Source: a virus
Lineage: Duplodnaviria > Caudoviricetes
Virus record (IMG/VR): IMGVR_UViG_3300028126_000018
Location: 1-25,093 of that record
Reading direction: 5' to 3' (one strand)
DNA: 25,093 bases
The notes under the pieces were generated by a model that made no database searches, was not told the DNA's origin, and worked only from the letters and a program-made list of their open reading frames with translations. The translations under genes and the position numbers were made by a program. Positions 6,478 to 15,258 of the stretch are shown here, piece by piece (positions within the stretch are counted from its first letter, which is position 1; every line of letters begins with the position of its first letter).

Positions 6478-8556
6478 TTATGAGGTTAGGGTTTCTAATT
6501 CTGAATCTGTTAATCCACTCTCAAAAACGATAGCTTGATGCACCCTACAACTTGGTTGGATATTAGACTCGTTGAATTTTACACGAGATAAAAGACTTGT
6601 TCTTGTATAGGTACTTGTTCCGTTGACACCCACCATTGAGCCGTTTGCTGCAACTCCTTGCTCACCGCTACTATATCTTACCGCTACTTTATATCTTGTG
6701 TTTGGACTTATAGCTACAAGGTTGCTCTTTGAAAAAACACCAATGTCATCTGCCGTTATCAATAATCTTAAATCATTTGTTGCTGCGCTTTTATAGAACA
6801 AAACTCTACTTTGTCCATCTTCGCTTTCTAAAGCAATCCAATTTTGATTTTCTGCCGTTGCTCCATCTAAAAATTCAAAGTCTAAAAAGAATGTACCTTC
6901 TTGTTGTCCGATTACAGAAGATATATTTGCAGTAGTATTTTCTTCCGCATTCCTCGTAACGCTTCCGCCACTATGGTTAGGTATGTAGCTTGTTGGGTAG
7001 CTGCCTTCTTCTATAACTGCTCCGTAAATATAGTAGTTGCCACTATCTGTGTGTGATGAGTAAGTATTATCGGGATATGCTTGTATTTGAAAACCTCTAT
7101 TTCCCGTATAGCTTCCGTATATTCTATACCATCCGTTACCATAATCTTCAAAATCTAAAGAACCTACTGATATTGGAGATGTCGTTAAGTCTACATTTTG
7201 CCCACTTATCTTAAAGTGGCTAAATGTTCCTTCCTTTATAAAAACTGATGATATATAAGTTCCGCTTGTATGGTTAGCGTATAATCTGCCATTGCTTCCT
7301 ACGGATATTAAAGAACCATTTTGCAATCCTTCGGGAGAAATAATTTGATTTGATGTTGCGCTTACTCCCGAATCTTTTATATAAAAAGAATCTTCAAAGT
7401 ATTCACTATATTCTAATATATTAGTCCTACTCGGTTCAAGTAAAAGACTCGGACAACTTGCCCCACCGCTATAGTCAAATCTTGGGGAGTCCTCTAAAAT
7501 ACCTGCAAAGCCCTTACTTCCTACAGGGCTTGTAATCCATTCAGTAGCTACTAAACCTATTTCTATTTGTGGTCTTGATAAAACCACATCGCCTAAAGTA
7601 CCACTTGATGTACCTACTCCAAACCTAAAAGTTGTGCTTGCCGTTTTATTAAAAACAACGCTATAACGCTTTCCTGCTTGAACATTATCCGAATAATTTA
7701 TTTCAACACCATCTTCATAAGCAAATAAGAAAGTTGCAGAACCTGACCTTGATAGTAAATAACTTAAAGGTATTGCGGTAGTTACTTCATCCACATAAAC
7801 TGAAACTACTACTATTCCATTTGTGGTTATAGTAGGAGAATAAATAAACGCTCTACTACTCGCATCTAAAGTTTGGAATCTTATCTGCCCTTCAGTAGCG
7901 GTTACATCAAAAGTTCCCGTTCCCGAAAGAAATTGATTACTCCATCCTGTTGGTTTTGTATCGGTTGAAACGCCATCCCATACCGAATTTTCAAGCAAGT
8001 TTTCCCTTCCTTTCTCTATCAGTCCGTTGCTATCTACCCTTGTAGACGTTAGGTTTGAACCTCTTGAAAAGTCAAAGTCTGCTGATGGTGTGACTACTTC
8101 TTTAACCGATACATTGTCTATTGAAAAATTATGCGACACCCCCGTTTGCATGGCTCTTAAAAACACTTCTGCAGTATTTACGGGTGTAACATAATAAGTG
8201 TAAATACCATTTGCACTAACATTATTAAACGCATAAACTCCACCCATATAAAACCCTAATATACCACTTGTGTAATTTGAAACCTCAAGAATTACTTTGT
8301 AAGTTTTATTAGCGGTAAAACTAAAATTTTGTTGTATTCTTTGCCCCTTAGCGGCATTTACAAAATTAGCTTTTCCGTTAGATATATTTGCATCTGTACC
8401 ACTCGTTATATTCCAATCGCTATCCGTATCAAAACCACCATTAGTAACTAACTCATTCCCATATTCGGGAACGGGCTTCATACTATAAGCCTTCCCATCT
8501 TTCCCTGCACCACCTCTTGGTAAGAATACTAAACTTGCATCACTATATAAACTCAT
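6478..8556 (-). CDS. Virion fibre/spike protein with carbohydrate-binding-like beta-sandwich and C-terminal LamG/ConA-like domains
   Basis: ELVTNGGFDTDSDW...IDNVSVKEV module, DFDFSRGS..TRV, PRFDYSGG..PSLLLEPSRTN, GNGWYR, YPTSYIP...TR and LTDSEL..LT motifs. Confidence 0.75.
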   Translation of the reverse strand: MSLYSDASLVFLPRGGAGKDGKAYSMKPVPEYGNELVTNGGFDTDSDWNITSGTDANISNGKANFVNAAKGQRIQQNFSFTANKTYKVILEVSNYTSGILGFYMGGVYAFNNVSANGIYTYYVTPVNTAEVFLRAMQTGVSHNFSIDNVSVKEVVTPSADFDFSRGSNLTSTRVDSNGLIEKGRENLLENSVWDGVSTDTKPTGWSNQFLSGTGTFDVTATEGQIRFQTLDASSRAFIYSPTITTNGIVVVSVYVDEVTTAIPLSYLLSRSGSATFLFAYEDGVEINYSDNVQAGKRYSVVFNKTASTTFRFGVGTSSGTLGDVVLSRPQIEIGLVATEWITSPVGSKGFAGILEDSPRFDYSGGASCPSLLLEPSRTNILEYSEYFEDSFYIKDSGVSATSNQIISPEGLQNGSLISVGSNGRLYANHTSGTYISSVFIKEGTFSHFKISGQNVDLTTSPISVGSLDFEDYGNGWYRIYGSYTGNRGFQIQAYPDNTYSSHTDSGNYYIYGAVIEEGSYPTSYIPNHSGGSVTRNAEENTTANISSVIGQQEGTFFLDFEFLDGATAENQNWIALESEDGQSRVLFYKSAATNDLRLLITADDIGVFSKSNLVAISPNTRYKVAVRYSSGEQGVAANGSMVGVNGTSTYTRTSLLSRVKFNESNIQPSCRVHQAIVFESGLTDSELETLTS

Positions 8557-8562
8557 ATCTTC

Positions 8563-9543
8563 TTAAACTAATGGTGTTAAATCCGCAATCAAACAACTCG
8601 TACTCTCTACACTACCGCCATCAGCAGCAACACGAGATGCGAAAGGTGTGGCGTATGTAGTCGGTGTATGTGCGTAATCCGTTATTGTGTAATACTCGTC
8701 AAGGTTTTCAAACAAACGGTTTCTTTCATCTTGTGATGCACTATACCCTAAAAGCTCAAATACATCACCATCAAAGTCTTCACCAAGATTTTGTACCTCA
8801 AAAGTACCTGCTTGTGTTGTGGTAGTTGTGATTAAATCTGTATTGTTCTTAAACAACCCTAATCCGTTAGAAGCATCTCTCTCAATCTCCCAAGCGTACA
8901 GATTGGTAAACCCATCGTTAGGCAAACTTAATGTTGCTCCACCACCATTTACTCTATAGCTTATCTGATTGTCCGATAATGCCACTTGATTAGATGTTGT
9001 ACTTCCTTCTATAATGTTACCTGAACCACTTGTCCTATAAGATTGACCTATAAAAAACAGACTGTAATCATTTGTTATCTGTAATATTTCTGTAGACCAA
9101 CCGCTTGAGTCCGTATAGTTACCTCCTGTCTCTGTATATTGTAAGTACCTTGAACCGCTAAATCGCATAGTTGGTAATCCTGTCACAGGGTCTGTAAGTA
9201 CAGAACCATTTATAACTATAGGTGGTTGTTGTGTATTAGTAGCTGTAGCAAAATGAGATGTACCCCCTAATTGCTGATACCATATCTTAACATAACAATC
9301 TGCTCCTTCAGCAAAAGTTTGTAATGCAGAAGTATCTAATCCATCATCACTAAAACCGATGTCTTGTTCTGTGTTATCAGAAGACCTACGCACACGAACA
9401 CACTTGTCCGAATCATCCCTTACCTTGCGTAAAGAATAACCGAATAAAGCGTTTTGTCCGAACTCATCTAATGCAGCACCTGTACCTAATGAACTTCTTG
9501 AAACACTTAAATATGATGTAGAAAGTGTATTAAGAAATGCCAT
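8563..9543 (-). CDS. Virion protein with alpha-L-arabinofuranosidase-B-like (ConA-fold) domain
   Basis: YSLRK...VRVRRSSDNTEQDIGF...LDT.AL..F...YVKIWYQQ...QP.I...G motif, with C-terminal RVAADGGSVE. Confidence 0.7.
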   Translation of the reverse strand: MAFLNTLSTSYLSVSRSSLGTGAALDEFGQNALFGYSLRKVRDDSDKCVRVRRSSDNTEQDIGFSDDGLDTSALQTFAEGADCYVKIWYQQLGGTSHFATATNTQQPPIVINGSVLTDPVTGLPTMRFSGSRYLQYTETGGNYTDSSGWSTEILQITNDYSLFFIGQSYRTSGSGNIIEGSTTSNQVALSDNQISYRVNGGGATLSLPNDGFTNLYAWEIERDASNGLGLFKNNTDLITTTTTQAGTFEVQNLGEDFDGDVFELLGYSASQDERNRLFENLDEYYTITDYAHTPTTYATPFASRVAADGGSVESTSCLIADLTPLV

Positions 9544-9839
9544 TAAGATGCAAGATAAGCGATTGCTGTTCCGTTAGTTATCGTGATAGATGTAAACTTA
9601 CCTAAGATTACTCCACCTTTAGGGATTACTTGACCTGTAAGGTGGTCTCCATTTACCGATGTAGCTTCTACAGTAACTGCTGAGTTTAATGCTTGGATAG
9701 AGCGAAAGCTCTCTCCTGCCACAGATACTTCTTCTGTTGGAGGATTTGCACCCGAATTACCTGTAAGTATTCTAAATCCGTAGTCTCCTGTACTTGCTTG
9801 GTAGAAATTACCGTCTTTAATTATATTCTCGAAAGACAT
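9543..9839 (-). CDS. Small virion structural protein (possible decoration protein)
   Basis: Beta-rich, 98 aa, ending IPKGGVILGKFTSITITNGTAIAYLA. Preceded by a TTGTAAATTA motif. Confidence 0.65.
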   Translation of the reverse strand: MSFENIIKDGNFYQASTGDYGFRILTGNSGANPPTEEVSVAGESFRSIQALNSAVTVEATSVNGDHLTGQVIPKGGVILGKFTSITITNGTAIAYLAS

Positions 9840-9852
9840 ATTATTCTTTATT

Positions 9853-9862
9853 TAATTTACAA
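9853..9862 (-). promoter_or_regulatory. TTGTAAATTA motif, putative late promoter
   Basis: Exact intergenic 10-mer, 13 nt before ATG 9839. Confidence 0.6.
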
Positions 9863-10186
9863 TTATTCTTCTATTTCTTCTTCTTCAACAACAGGTATCA
9901 TCTCAGGATTAGCCTCGTAACACGCTGCTGTATATTCTTGTGCTGCTTTAGCACCAAAGGTATGTAGTCCTACAGGCTCACACCATATCATTTGTTTATT
10001 CCAATTAGGGTCTGCCTCACCATCCCATAGTACATCTATATGGTAGCTCTCAGAGCCTTCTATTTCTCCTAAGTGTGCTATGATGTGGTTGTGTGTAGGG
10101 TTACCTTCTTCGTCTACGCCTAATGCGTTTATCTTTGTAGTGGCAGCACCTTTGCTACCGAACTCGTATTTACGGAACTGTCTCAT
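9863..10186 (-). CDS. Fibre-associated small acidic protein; paralog of 6106..6474
   Basis: MRQFRKYEF...DEEGNPTH...YHIDVLWDGE...PVGLHTFG. Confidence 0.7.
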   Translation of the reverse strand: MRQFRKYEFGSKGAATTKINALGVDEEGNPTHNHIIAHLGEIEGSESYHIDVLWDGEADPNWNKQMIWCEPVGLHTFGAKAAQEYTAACYEANPEMIPVVEEEEIEE

Positions 10187-10187
10187 A

Positions 10188-12059
10188 TTAAAGGGCTGTT
10201 AGTGCTTCGCATTGATTATCTGTTAGCTCTGTGTTAAACACTAATAAAGATTTTAAATTACCTTCTCCCCCTAATCCACCAATTTTAAATGTATCAAATT
10301 CAGTTATATCAGTAGCAGTTGCGCTTCTAATTTCGTCACCATCAACAAACAGCTTACAAGCATTGGATGTTGAGTTGTATTTAAACGCAAGTTTTACATC
10401 TCCTTCGGGAAGTTCGTAAGAAGAAAACACATCTGAGTTGTCATTATTTTTAAAAAATAAAGTAAGTCGTTTAGGGTTTACTTGTGAGGTTCTTCTTAGA
10501 AACACAGCTCCACCTTGATTTCCATCATTTCCAATGTGAATTGTTGAATTAGACGAATCTCTAACAATGCTTTTGTTGCTTATGTTTAAAAATACTGTTA
10601 TGTCATCAAAACCATCACTATAAGTTAAATCATTAAAGACATCCGCAGCTCTCGTAGCACTACTATTATAAGTGGGTATGTAGGATGTTGGGTAAGAGCC
10701 TTCTTCTACTTGTGCGCCATAAGCATACATATTAATATTAGAGCCACTACTTACAAAACGGATGCTACTTGTTGTTGTGCTTGTAGCAGTAAATGTTGTG
10801 CTATATCTATTCCAATCGTTATCTATTGTTATAGTTTCAAGTTGAGTAGTTCCGTGACTGCCAATATTTATTGAAGTATTACCTCCATTATTTTTTAAGT
10901 ATACTGAAAATGTATAAGTAGTACCCGATGTTAAAGCAACATCATATCCTACCCTACTGCCGCTTGAGGGAGATTCTACCAATGTAGCGTTTTTATTTCC
11001 ATCGGGAGAAATGAATTTATTGGTGGTTAAAGTAGTTCCCGAATTTTTATCCCAATCTTCAAAATACTCACTATACTCAATCAAATTAATCCTACTCGGC
11101 TCAAGTAATATACTTGGTGTGCCTCCTGTGTAATCTATACGAGGCATAGAATCTGTTAAGCCCTCGTATACAGATGCTGTGGTAGTTTCAATATAAGGCG
11201 TTGCAACAAGACCTTGTTCTAACTGAGCATCTTGAATGTAAACATTTGCTCCCGTTGTAGCATTTGATGAGCCATCAGCATCTACCACATAAATTACACA
11301 ATTTGTATGTGATGTTTTATTCCCCATTACACTACATCTAAACCAACCATTTCCAATAGATTCAATTTTAGCATCTATATTGTTAAAGTCATTTCCTACC
11401 GCTCCATTGCCGCTTAAATCAAAATAAGACGCAGAAGTATTTGTTCCACCCGTTATCTGTATTCTAAAAAAGTTGGATGTCCCTGCTTTAGCATATACGC
11501 TAAATGTCTCAACTCCCGTATTTGAAACTGATTGAGTAATTGATGAAAAATTATTGTCAGATATAGCCTCTAATTTCCAAGCGGAATTAGTTCCATCGTA
11601 TCCCGAAAAACCGCTTGTTATAGAACGCTTATTAAGGTCTCCACCCCAAGTAGTATCAAACTGATTACTTTGGAGCAATAGGTTTGCTCTTTCCTTCTTG
11701 ATGTATCCATCAGCTCCTACCCTCGTAGCAGTATCTGTACCTCTCGTATAGGTAAAGTCTCCGCTACCATCTACAGGCTTGTGGCTATACACCTTAGATT
11801 CTTTGTATCCACTTGGAAACAACACGAGAGATGCTTGGTCGTAGATGTCTTTGGTAATGTCTCTGTACGATGCAGCAGCCTCAGCAGATGCCTCTACAGT
11901 ACCACCATCGTCTAACACCCTTTGACCGAAGTCACCAATGCCTATTCTGATAGCATCAACAAGGTATCCTGTTTTGTTTATAAGGTAAGACTTTACATTG
12001 GATACAGTAGTTACTGCATTAGAAAGAAAGCCGCTACCCGAATTGGTTAAATAACTCAT
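10188..12059 (-). CDS. Virion fibre/spike protein; paralog of 6478..8556
   Basis: ASLVLFPSG, GDFTYTRG..ATRV, NLLLQSNQF, GNGWFR, QLEQGLVAT.YI, PRIDYTGG.PSILLEPSR.N and GAQVEEGSYPTSYIP motifs. Confidence 0.75.
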   Translation of the reverse strand: MSYLTNSGSGFLSNAVTTVSNVKSYLINKTGYLVDAIRIGIGDFGQRVLDDGGTVEASAEAAASYRDITKDIYDQASLVLFPSGYKESKVYSHKPVDGSGDFTYTRGTDTATRVGADGYIKKERANLLLQSNQFDTTWGGDLNKRSITSGFSGYDGTNSAWKLEAISDNNFSSITQSVSNTGVETFSVYAKAGTSNFFRIQITGGTNTSASYFDLSGNGAVGNDFNNIDAKIESIGNGWFRCSVMGNKTSHTNCVIYVVDADGSSNATTGANVYIQDAQLEQGLVATPYIETTTASVYEGLTDSMPRIDYTGGTPSILLEPSRINLIEYSEYFEDWDKNSGTTLTTNKFISPDGNKNATLVESPSSGSRVGYDVALTSGTTYTFSVYLKNNGGNTSINIGSHGTTQLETITIDNDWNRYSTTFTATSTTTSSIRFVSSGSNINMYAYGAQVEEGSYPTSYIPTYNSSATRAADVFNDLTYSDGFDDITVFLNISNKSIVRDSSNSTIHIGNDGNQGGAVFLRRTSQVNPKRLTLFFKNNDNSDVFSSYELPEGDVKLAFKYNSTSNACKLFVDGDEIRSATATDITEFDTFKIGGLGGEGNLKSLLVFNTELTDNQCEALTAL

Positions 12060-12592
12060 TAATCAAAAATTGTTTGGTCAGTGAATACCGATTTGCTATC
12101 CAATAACAAAGAAGCTATTCCGCTTTCTGTGTTTAGATTAATATTCACAAAAGACTTATCACTAACACCTGTTCCTGAAGAAGCCTCGTAGTTCATAGTC
12201 AAACCATCCATCCATCCTGAGATACTAACGCTATCGTTATTATGCAACAAGACACAAACGATGTCTTCTCTACGAGACATATAGTCAATCTTATTTACTT
12301 TATTATCTACAACAGGAGATTGGATTACAATATTTGTAGCAACTAAACCTAGTCCGTTTGTAGTGTTTTTGTTTTCACCAAAAGATGTAGTACCGTCTTT
12401 TTTGTTGTGTTCAAATACAACTGTATCTGATTCAAGCAAGTCTACATTAGTAACTTGAGTTTCATCAGAAGGATTGAAGGTGATAGTAATATCACTTTGT
12501 AGTGTTAAAATAGCTTTCTTGATACCGCCTGTAGTTCTCTTGTTACAGTTGATGTCAATGTCGCTAAGTATTATCGAGCAGTTGAAAGCCAT
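12059..12592 (-). CDS. Tail tube-like protein, second paralog
   Basis: M..C.......C....GGI N-terminus and SSG.......L..E C-terminus, like 12661..13209. Confidence 0.55.
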   Translation of the reverse strand: MAFNCSIILSDIDINCNKRTTGGIKKAILTLQSDITITFNPSDETQVTNVDLLESDTVVFEHNKKDGTTSFGENKNTTNGLGLVATNIVIQSPVVDNKVNKIDYMSRREDIVCVLLHNNDSVSISGWMDGLTMNYEASSGTGVSDKSFVNINLNTESGIASLLLDSKSVFTDQTIFD

Positions 12593-12606
12593 ATATTTTT
12601 TATATT

Positions 12607-12638
12607 AAAAAAGGGGAGAGGATTACTCCACTCCCCTT
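12607..12638 (-). terminator. Rho-independent terminator with GNRA tetraloop
   Basis: - strand AAGGGGAG-T-GGA-GTAA-TCC-T-CTCCCCTT-TTTT, located after the major tail protein gene. Confidence 0.8.
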
Positions 12639-12642
12639 GTTA

Positions 12643-12652
12643 TAATTTACAA
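12643..12652 (-). promoter_or_regulatory. TTGTAAATTA motif, putative late promoter
   Basis: Exact intergenic 10-mer, 4 nt upstream of the terminator hairpin. Confidence 0.55.
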
Positions 12653-12660
12653 GATTGGTA

Positions 12661-13209
12661 TTAACCAATGATTGTAGCAAAGTCAGCAGCCGAAGCGATG
12701 CTGTAGGCAAGACCGTTTTCCTCACCTGTTAGGGTAAGTTGAACACGGTTTTTCTCACCACGAGCAGCACCTGAAGACATATCGACAGTAGCAGCATACA
12801 ATCCGTAGTCAGCACCCACTAGGTGATGAGTACCTGCAGCAGTTTCAACAAAAGCTACTAACTCAGCACCTGCAGTTGCAAGTTCATTAAGTTCACTTAC
12901 AGTAGCAGCTTTCATCTTAGGAAACTCTACAGTAATAGAAGGAACGGTAGTTGACGTACCGTCAGCGTTAACGGTCTTTACTTCGTTGAAAGCAGAGAAT
13001 CCGTCTTTAAGGTTAAATGTGTAATCAGCAACATTTGCGACAACACCTGCAGTAGAAACAACACGGGTATCTTCGTTTATAACGAGAGAAGACCCTGCTA
13101 TTACTGTGTCTACTTCTGACTTAGCTGCGATAGATAACTTTGTTATACCACCTATACCCAAGTCTGCGCAGTCGTAAGTAATTCCTGATAAGGTTACAGA
13201 ACAAGCCAT
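12661..13209 (-). CDS. Major tail (tube) protein
   Basis: MAC...C...IGGI N-terminus, G...G.....SSG.A.GE.N...LTLTGEE C-terminus typical of Bacteroidota siphovirus tail tubes. Follows the major capsid gene and is flanked by terminators. Confidence 0.7.
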   Translation of the reverse strand: MACSVTLSGITYDCADLGIGGITKLSIAAKSEVDTVIAGSSLVINEDTRVVSTAGVVANVADYTFNLKDGFSAFNEVKTVNADGTSTTVPSITVEFPKMKAATVSELNELATAGAELVAFVETAAGTHHLVGADYGLYAATVDMSSGAARGEKNRVQLTLTGEENGLAYSIASAADFATIIG

Positions 13210-13224
13210 TTTTTATAAGGTATT

Positions 13225-13252
13225 AAAAAGGGAGGGCAGAACCCTCCCCTTT
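13225..13252 (-). terminator. Rho-independent terminator downstream of the major capsid gene
   Basis: - strand AAAG-GGGAGGG-TTCTG-CCCTCCC-TTTTT. Confidence 0.8.
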
Positions 13253-13267
13253 GTTATTATTCAGTTA

Positions 13268-14218
13268 TTAAGAAGGATTTGCAGCAAGTACAATTTCACT
13301 TCCTTTCATGTAAGAGAAACCTACTTTGAAACGTCCCCAAATGTACTCAGCATTTTCTTTAGCTTCGTACTCAGAATCAATAGCCATTACATCATTGTAA
13401 TCGTCAGTCAACATAACCAAGTTACTTGGAGCTGAGATGAAGAATTTTTCATCGTTATCGGCTTCACCTGATTCATTGTTAAATCCTGAAAAGTGAATAA
13501 CCTCCATTCCGTAGAATGTTGGAAGCTCACCTGCGATGATACCTGCAGGAGTTGTAGTATGCTCTTGAGCAATAGCGATTTGGTACAGTTGGTACAATTT
13601 AGTGTTCAAGAAGAACGCAGGTTTGTACTCACGGTCAGCATCACCATAAACAGCAGCCAACATAACTTCGCTCATACCCTTATAAGCAATTTCCATTGCA
13701 TCTATAATGTTACTTGCATCTAATGTAGCCTTGTCGTGGTCAGCATCGATAACATCAGAATCATTTTCCATTTCAGTCAAAAGACCTACAGCAGCAAGAC
13801 TCAAAGTTTTTTGAGCAGCTAATTTTGCGAAGTAATCAAACACCCAATTACGGAACTCAACATCCATTGTTTCAGGATTGTGCTGTCCTTTCTTTAGTGC
13901 GATACCACGATAAGACTTTTCTAATGCGTGTTTACAGTTTTTAAAGTTCCAAGAGTAAGTTTCAACGCTCATCTCTTTTTCTGTGATAGAAGCATCATTG
14001 TTGTTTGAAAACTCACAGTCATCTCCAACTTGAAAAGCCTGAGTACTTGCAGTAAAAATAGGAATGTTTACTTTATTTTTTACACCATCAACAAGTGTGA
14101 AGCGGTCAAGTAAAGCCGCCGATTTTACCATTGCATCGATAAATAAATCTCTGCTACGGTCTCCCCATAACGATTCAGTATTCGCTAAATCAGGAGTGGT
14201 ATTAATAGTAGTTGCCAT
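13268..14218 (-). CDS. Major capsid protein (HK97 fold)
   Basis: 316 aa, directly after the protease. VDGVK.K, C.F......ITEK, Y.LYQ.A, G..VI...G, SNL...TD and RF..GF....GSEIV motifs. Has its own upstream motif and a downstream terminator. Confidence 0.8.
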   Translation of the reverse strand: MATTINTTPDLANTESLWGDRSRDLFIDAMVKSAALLDRFTLVDGVKNKVNIPIFTASTQAFQVGDDCEFSNNNDASITEKEMSVETYSWNFKNCKHALEKSYRGIALKKGQHNPETMDVEFRNWVFDYFAKLAAQKTLSLAAVGLLTEMENDSDVIDADHDKATLDASNIIDAMEIAYKGMSEVMLAAVYGDADREYKPAFFLNTKLYQLYQIAIAQEHTTTPAGIIAGELPTFYGMEVIHFSGFNNESGEADNDEKFFISAPSNLVMLTDDYNDVMAIDSEYEAKENAEYIWGRFKVGFSYMKGSEIVLAANPS

Positions 14219-14251
14219 TATATAATAGTTTTAAAAAAAATTCGTTTAAGT

Positions 14252-14261
14252 TAATTTACAA
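14252..14261 (-). promoter_or_regulatory. TTGTAAATTA motif, putative late promoter of the major capsid gene
   Basis: Exact intergenic 10-mer, 33 nt before ATG 14218. Confidence 0.65.
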
Positions 14262-14265
14262 AATC

Positions 14266-15258
14266 TTAGTACAAGCTCGGAAAGTGCTTATTGATAAGAT
14301 TTATTTTTTCAGAAGTGATTGTTTCAAAGTTAATAGTTTTATCTACTTCCTCAGCGACAACTTCTTCTGTCTGCTGTGCGGTAAATTGCTCTTCAACTTC
14401 TTGCTCGTTTACTTCTTCCTCAGTAGCTTCGTACTTTTCTTCTTCTTTCATGTCCTCTTCCTCTTCTTTAGAGTCTTCAGCCATTTCTTCCTTTTCTTCT
14501 TCATCTTCCTCTTGAGCCATATCGCCCATAGATTCGATGTGCTTTTGAATCATTTCAATAGCGGATTTTAAATCTTCCACTCCTGCAAACTTCTCTTCAA
14601 AAGATGTCAATGCGGATAATAGAATCTCATTCTCAGATTCCAACCCTTCGATACGCTCTTGGAACTTATTAGTCATTGTCTCAAATTGAGCCTCTAACTT
14701 ACCAAGCTCCTTAGCAAATGAAAATTCAGTCATTTCTTCTTTGTTTGTTGGTGTTATATTAGCAGCAATCTCAATAGAGAAACCATTTATCTCCCCATCC
14801 TTAATTGCATTGAATAATTCGTCAGACTCAATCTTAGCCTTTACGAATACTGTTCCGTTTGGTAAATCAAATCCGTAGTCCGTAGACTTATCGTTATCGG
14901 ATTCTTTCATCCAAATCTCTAGCATCACAACATCAGTAGTATCATTCTCGTGCTGTATGCCAAATTCGTTAAACAACCCCTTCTTGGAGTAGTTGTACAT
15001 TATATCTCTAATTGTATCTTCGGTAAAGCGTACATAGTAAAAACCATTCTCAGCAGACTGTCTTAGGATTTCCTTGTTAGGAATCATAATTGGTCCAACC
15101 ACCTCACGCTTCTCATCGTTGGCAAACATCTCAATGCTTTGCTTAGAGAAATAAATAAAGTTTTCTTCAATAGCAGGTTTGTCTACAAGGGAAATCTTAT
15201 ACATCCCCTGCTCAAAATCCTCTAGTGTTATATCGTATAATGGTAAATCTTTGTCCAT
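14266..15258 (-). CDS. Prohead protease (XkdF-like serine protease) fused to an acidic coiled-coil scaffold
   Basis: ISLVDKPAIEENF, GPIMIPNK.I.R, H, E.W, P.GT.F and IKDG.I.GFSIE, with a Glu-rich C-terminal half. Confidence 0.85.
   Translation of the reverse strand: MDKDLPLYDITLEDFEQGMYKISLVDKPAIEENFIYFSKQSIEMFANDEKREVVGPIMIPNKEILRQSAENGFYYVRFTEDTIRDIMYNYSKKGLFNEFGIQHENDTTDVVMLEIWMKESDNDKSTDYGFDLPNGTVFVKAKIESDELFNAIKDGEINGFSIEIAANITPTNKEEMTEFSFAKELGKLEAQFETMTNKFQERIEGLESENEILLSALTSFEEKFAGVEDLKSAIEMIQKHIESMGDMAQEEDEEEKEEMAEDSKEEEEDMKEEEKYEATEEEVNEQEVEEQFTAQQTEEVVAEEVDKTINFETITSEKINLINKHFPSLY

Noticed and set aside
6478-12059. Diversity-generating retroelement or invertible fibre switch
   Set aside because: There is no reverse transcriptase or recombinase in the window. 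The shared segments are short, in direct orientation, and differ mostly at synonymous positions rather than adenine-specifically.
14212-14571. + strand Phe/Ser-rich ORFs and low-complexity repeat
   Set aside because: These are antisense shadows of the Glu-rich scaffold region of the protease.
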